A DNA stretch of 62,942 nt, counting the filler, from Octopus bimaculoides (lineage: Eukaryota): assembly GCF_001194135.2 (NCBI RefSeq). It is 6 parts of 6 records of this genome, joined end to end, with 100 filler letters (N's around TTAATTAATTAA, not from the genome) between each part and the next. Parts side by side here need not be neighbours in the genome. Positions count along the whole stretch, not along the records: positions 61,122 to 62,942 come from NC_068989.1; 5 more parts are not named here. One strand, written 5' to 3'. The notes under the pieces are model-generated. The model ran no database searches. It saw nothing but the letters and a program-made list of their open reading frames with translations, and was not told the origin of the DNA. Shown here in pieces: positions 61,384-62,942 of the stretch (position 1 is its first letter; every line of letters begins with the position of its first letter). The position numbers and the translations under genes are program-made.

Positions 61384-62942
61384 ATATAAAGTGACTTTGT
61401 TTTAGGATTCAAAATTCACCTTTTTATAACAATTAGCAAAATTTCTAAAACCTTCAGAAATACGATTTGGCAGAATTTATTCAACTTCTCTTTCTAAAGT
61501 CTATCGTCCTTACTTGTTTTATACTGACTGACCGAAAAATATTCATGTAAGCATTCATGCCTTTTATGGCAATACATTTAAGTTTACGGAGCTGGTGATC
61601 CTTTTAAGGAAATATAATTACCAAGGCTATGGCTCTAAATTGGGGAATATAAGCGATGTAGGCAGGGAACTGCTGCAACATTATTGTGTGGATATCTTGC
61701 TTCAGTTATAATCATACACAACTTCATATTTAGGCTGAATTGTCTTTTCGCTTTTAGCTATATTTCGTATTCTGAATGCTTGGTTATATACTTATTCATG
61801 TTTATTTCTAATTCTGGAAAGGAATATTAGTCGATTTTCATTGTTTATTGTTATCTGAAATAAATCCTTCTACTGTTGTTATTCTCATTGTTCTTTTCTG
61901 AACACAGTTGTGAGATGAGTCTTATTATTCTGATATTACCTTCTACTGTTTTCATCATTGTTTCCTCTGGTTATCTTCATATTTAATCTTTTTAAGTCTC
62001 TATATTTACTCGTCTGCTTCTATGCTGGTCGCTTTGCTTGTATTCGTTTCCTTGACTGTGTTTTTGCTCTCTTTTTTTGTGCATTCACCTACGGTTTTAT
62101 ATTGTGTTCATCATCCTTTGTTATAAATTTTATTCTTCATCCTCGCTTATGTTATTTTATAAAGATACATTAGTTTGTGGTTCAAGTCTGGGAAAATATG
62201 AGAGCCTTTGTTCAAATCTCGGCTGGGGTTTCGTTATAACATAGTTAAAGTACTTTTCGTCATGCTTTTCCTCATCTATTCATTCTCTAAACTTCTGACT
62301 TCAAATTTTACTTTTTAGTGGAGTTTTTATGTCCACTAATTTAATGGTCCACAGTTCAGTAATGGTATCACCAGTACGATGAGTTCACTATCTTTGTAGC
62401 TTGTTGCTATAACACAATGGTGTGTCCACAGTCAGGTTGAAGATGACGACGTCGGCTTGTTGATCACAGTGTCTGTGTGTTCGTTCAATAACAACTGGTA
62501 TACAGAGACAGACGGACAAACTCAACTTGTTCAATGGTAAAGTTTATTCACGGCAGCGGGTTACGTACAATGTTAATGTATAGTGTGAATGAATGCGTGA
62601 AGACGTTAGTTGTACTTTGTGTATATAGAAAGTCCTGATAGAAGTTTTGCCCATGAGATATAGAAGTTTGAGACACTACTATTCAAAATCTCTGCAAAAC
62701 TAAGTACCGGAGGTCTATATAAAAGTAGTGCTCTAGTTTCACTACGGTCCAAGACTGAAACTAGTGATGGAATAAAAAAAAAAATCGGAAATGTCAGTTT
62801 TGTGGGCGAGGGTGACTGTGCGTGGGGTCCGCCGGAAAGGCGACAGTGAAATTTGAAAAATTTAAAATTTGGGAGAAGGGGAGGTTGTGGTGGGCATTTT
62901 AAATTTGGAAAAGGTGGTTTTAAAAAGAATTTTGGATAAAGT

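Noticed and set aside
62400-62942. LTR with primer-binding site (tggtatacagag) and TATA/AATAAA motifs
   Set aside because: The PBS match is imperfect, and no second LTR or gag/pol sequence lies within the window.

Overview
AT-rich, repeat-saturated animal genomic DNA from a gapped short-read scaffold. It is not prokaryotic: I see no operon, CRISPR array or rRNA. The SINE families, the Dong/R4, Penelope and RTE content and the very long (AAT)n/(TA)n/(CA)n/(GATA)n arrays point to a cephalopod, most likely an Octopus draft assembly; this is recognition from memory, not a database result. I found no intact host protein-coding gene. Nearly all ORF-track entries are microsatellite, N-gap or decayed-transposon translations. 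Recognisable content: at least five coding fragments of Dong/R4 non-LTR retrotransposons tied to (TAA)n arrays; Penelope-like, CR1-like, RTE and L1/Tx1-like fragments; four to five Tc1/mariner elements (one full-length DD37D maT-type); an internally deleted piggyBac; hAT and Helitron ends; and many tRNA-derived SINEs. The most unusual observations are: (1) a TIR element carrying a TTAGGG tract capped by a perfect hairpin; (2) a 101-bp near-perfect inverted repeat whose loop is a tRNA-Thr(CGT)-like fragment; (3) Dong elements apparently broken at AAT-rich codons of older Dong copies; (4) an 18:1 minus-strand bias of coding TE relics, suggesting the window is intronic to an unseen plus-strand transcript; (5) an unexplained ~360-bp diverged tandem repeat; (6) a YY1/NRF1/ETS promoter-like island near 60.4 kb. 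None is shown to be a new biological system. Most coordinates for decayed elements are approximate.
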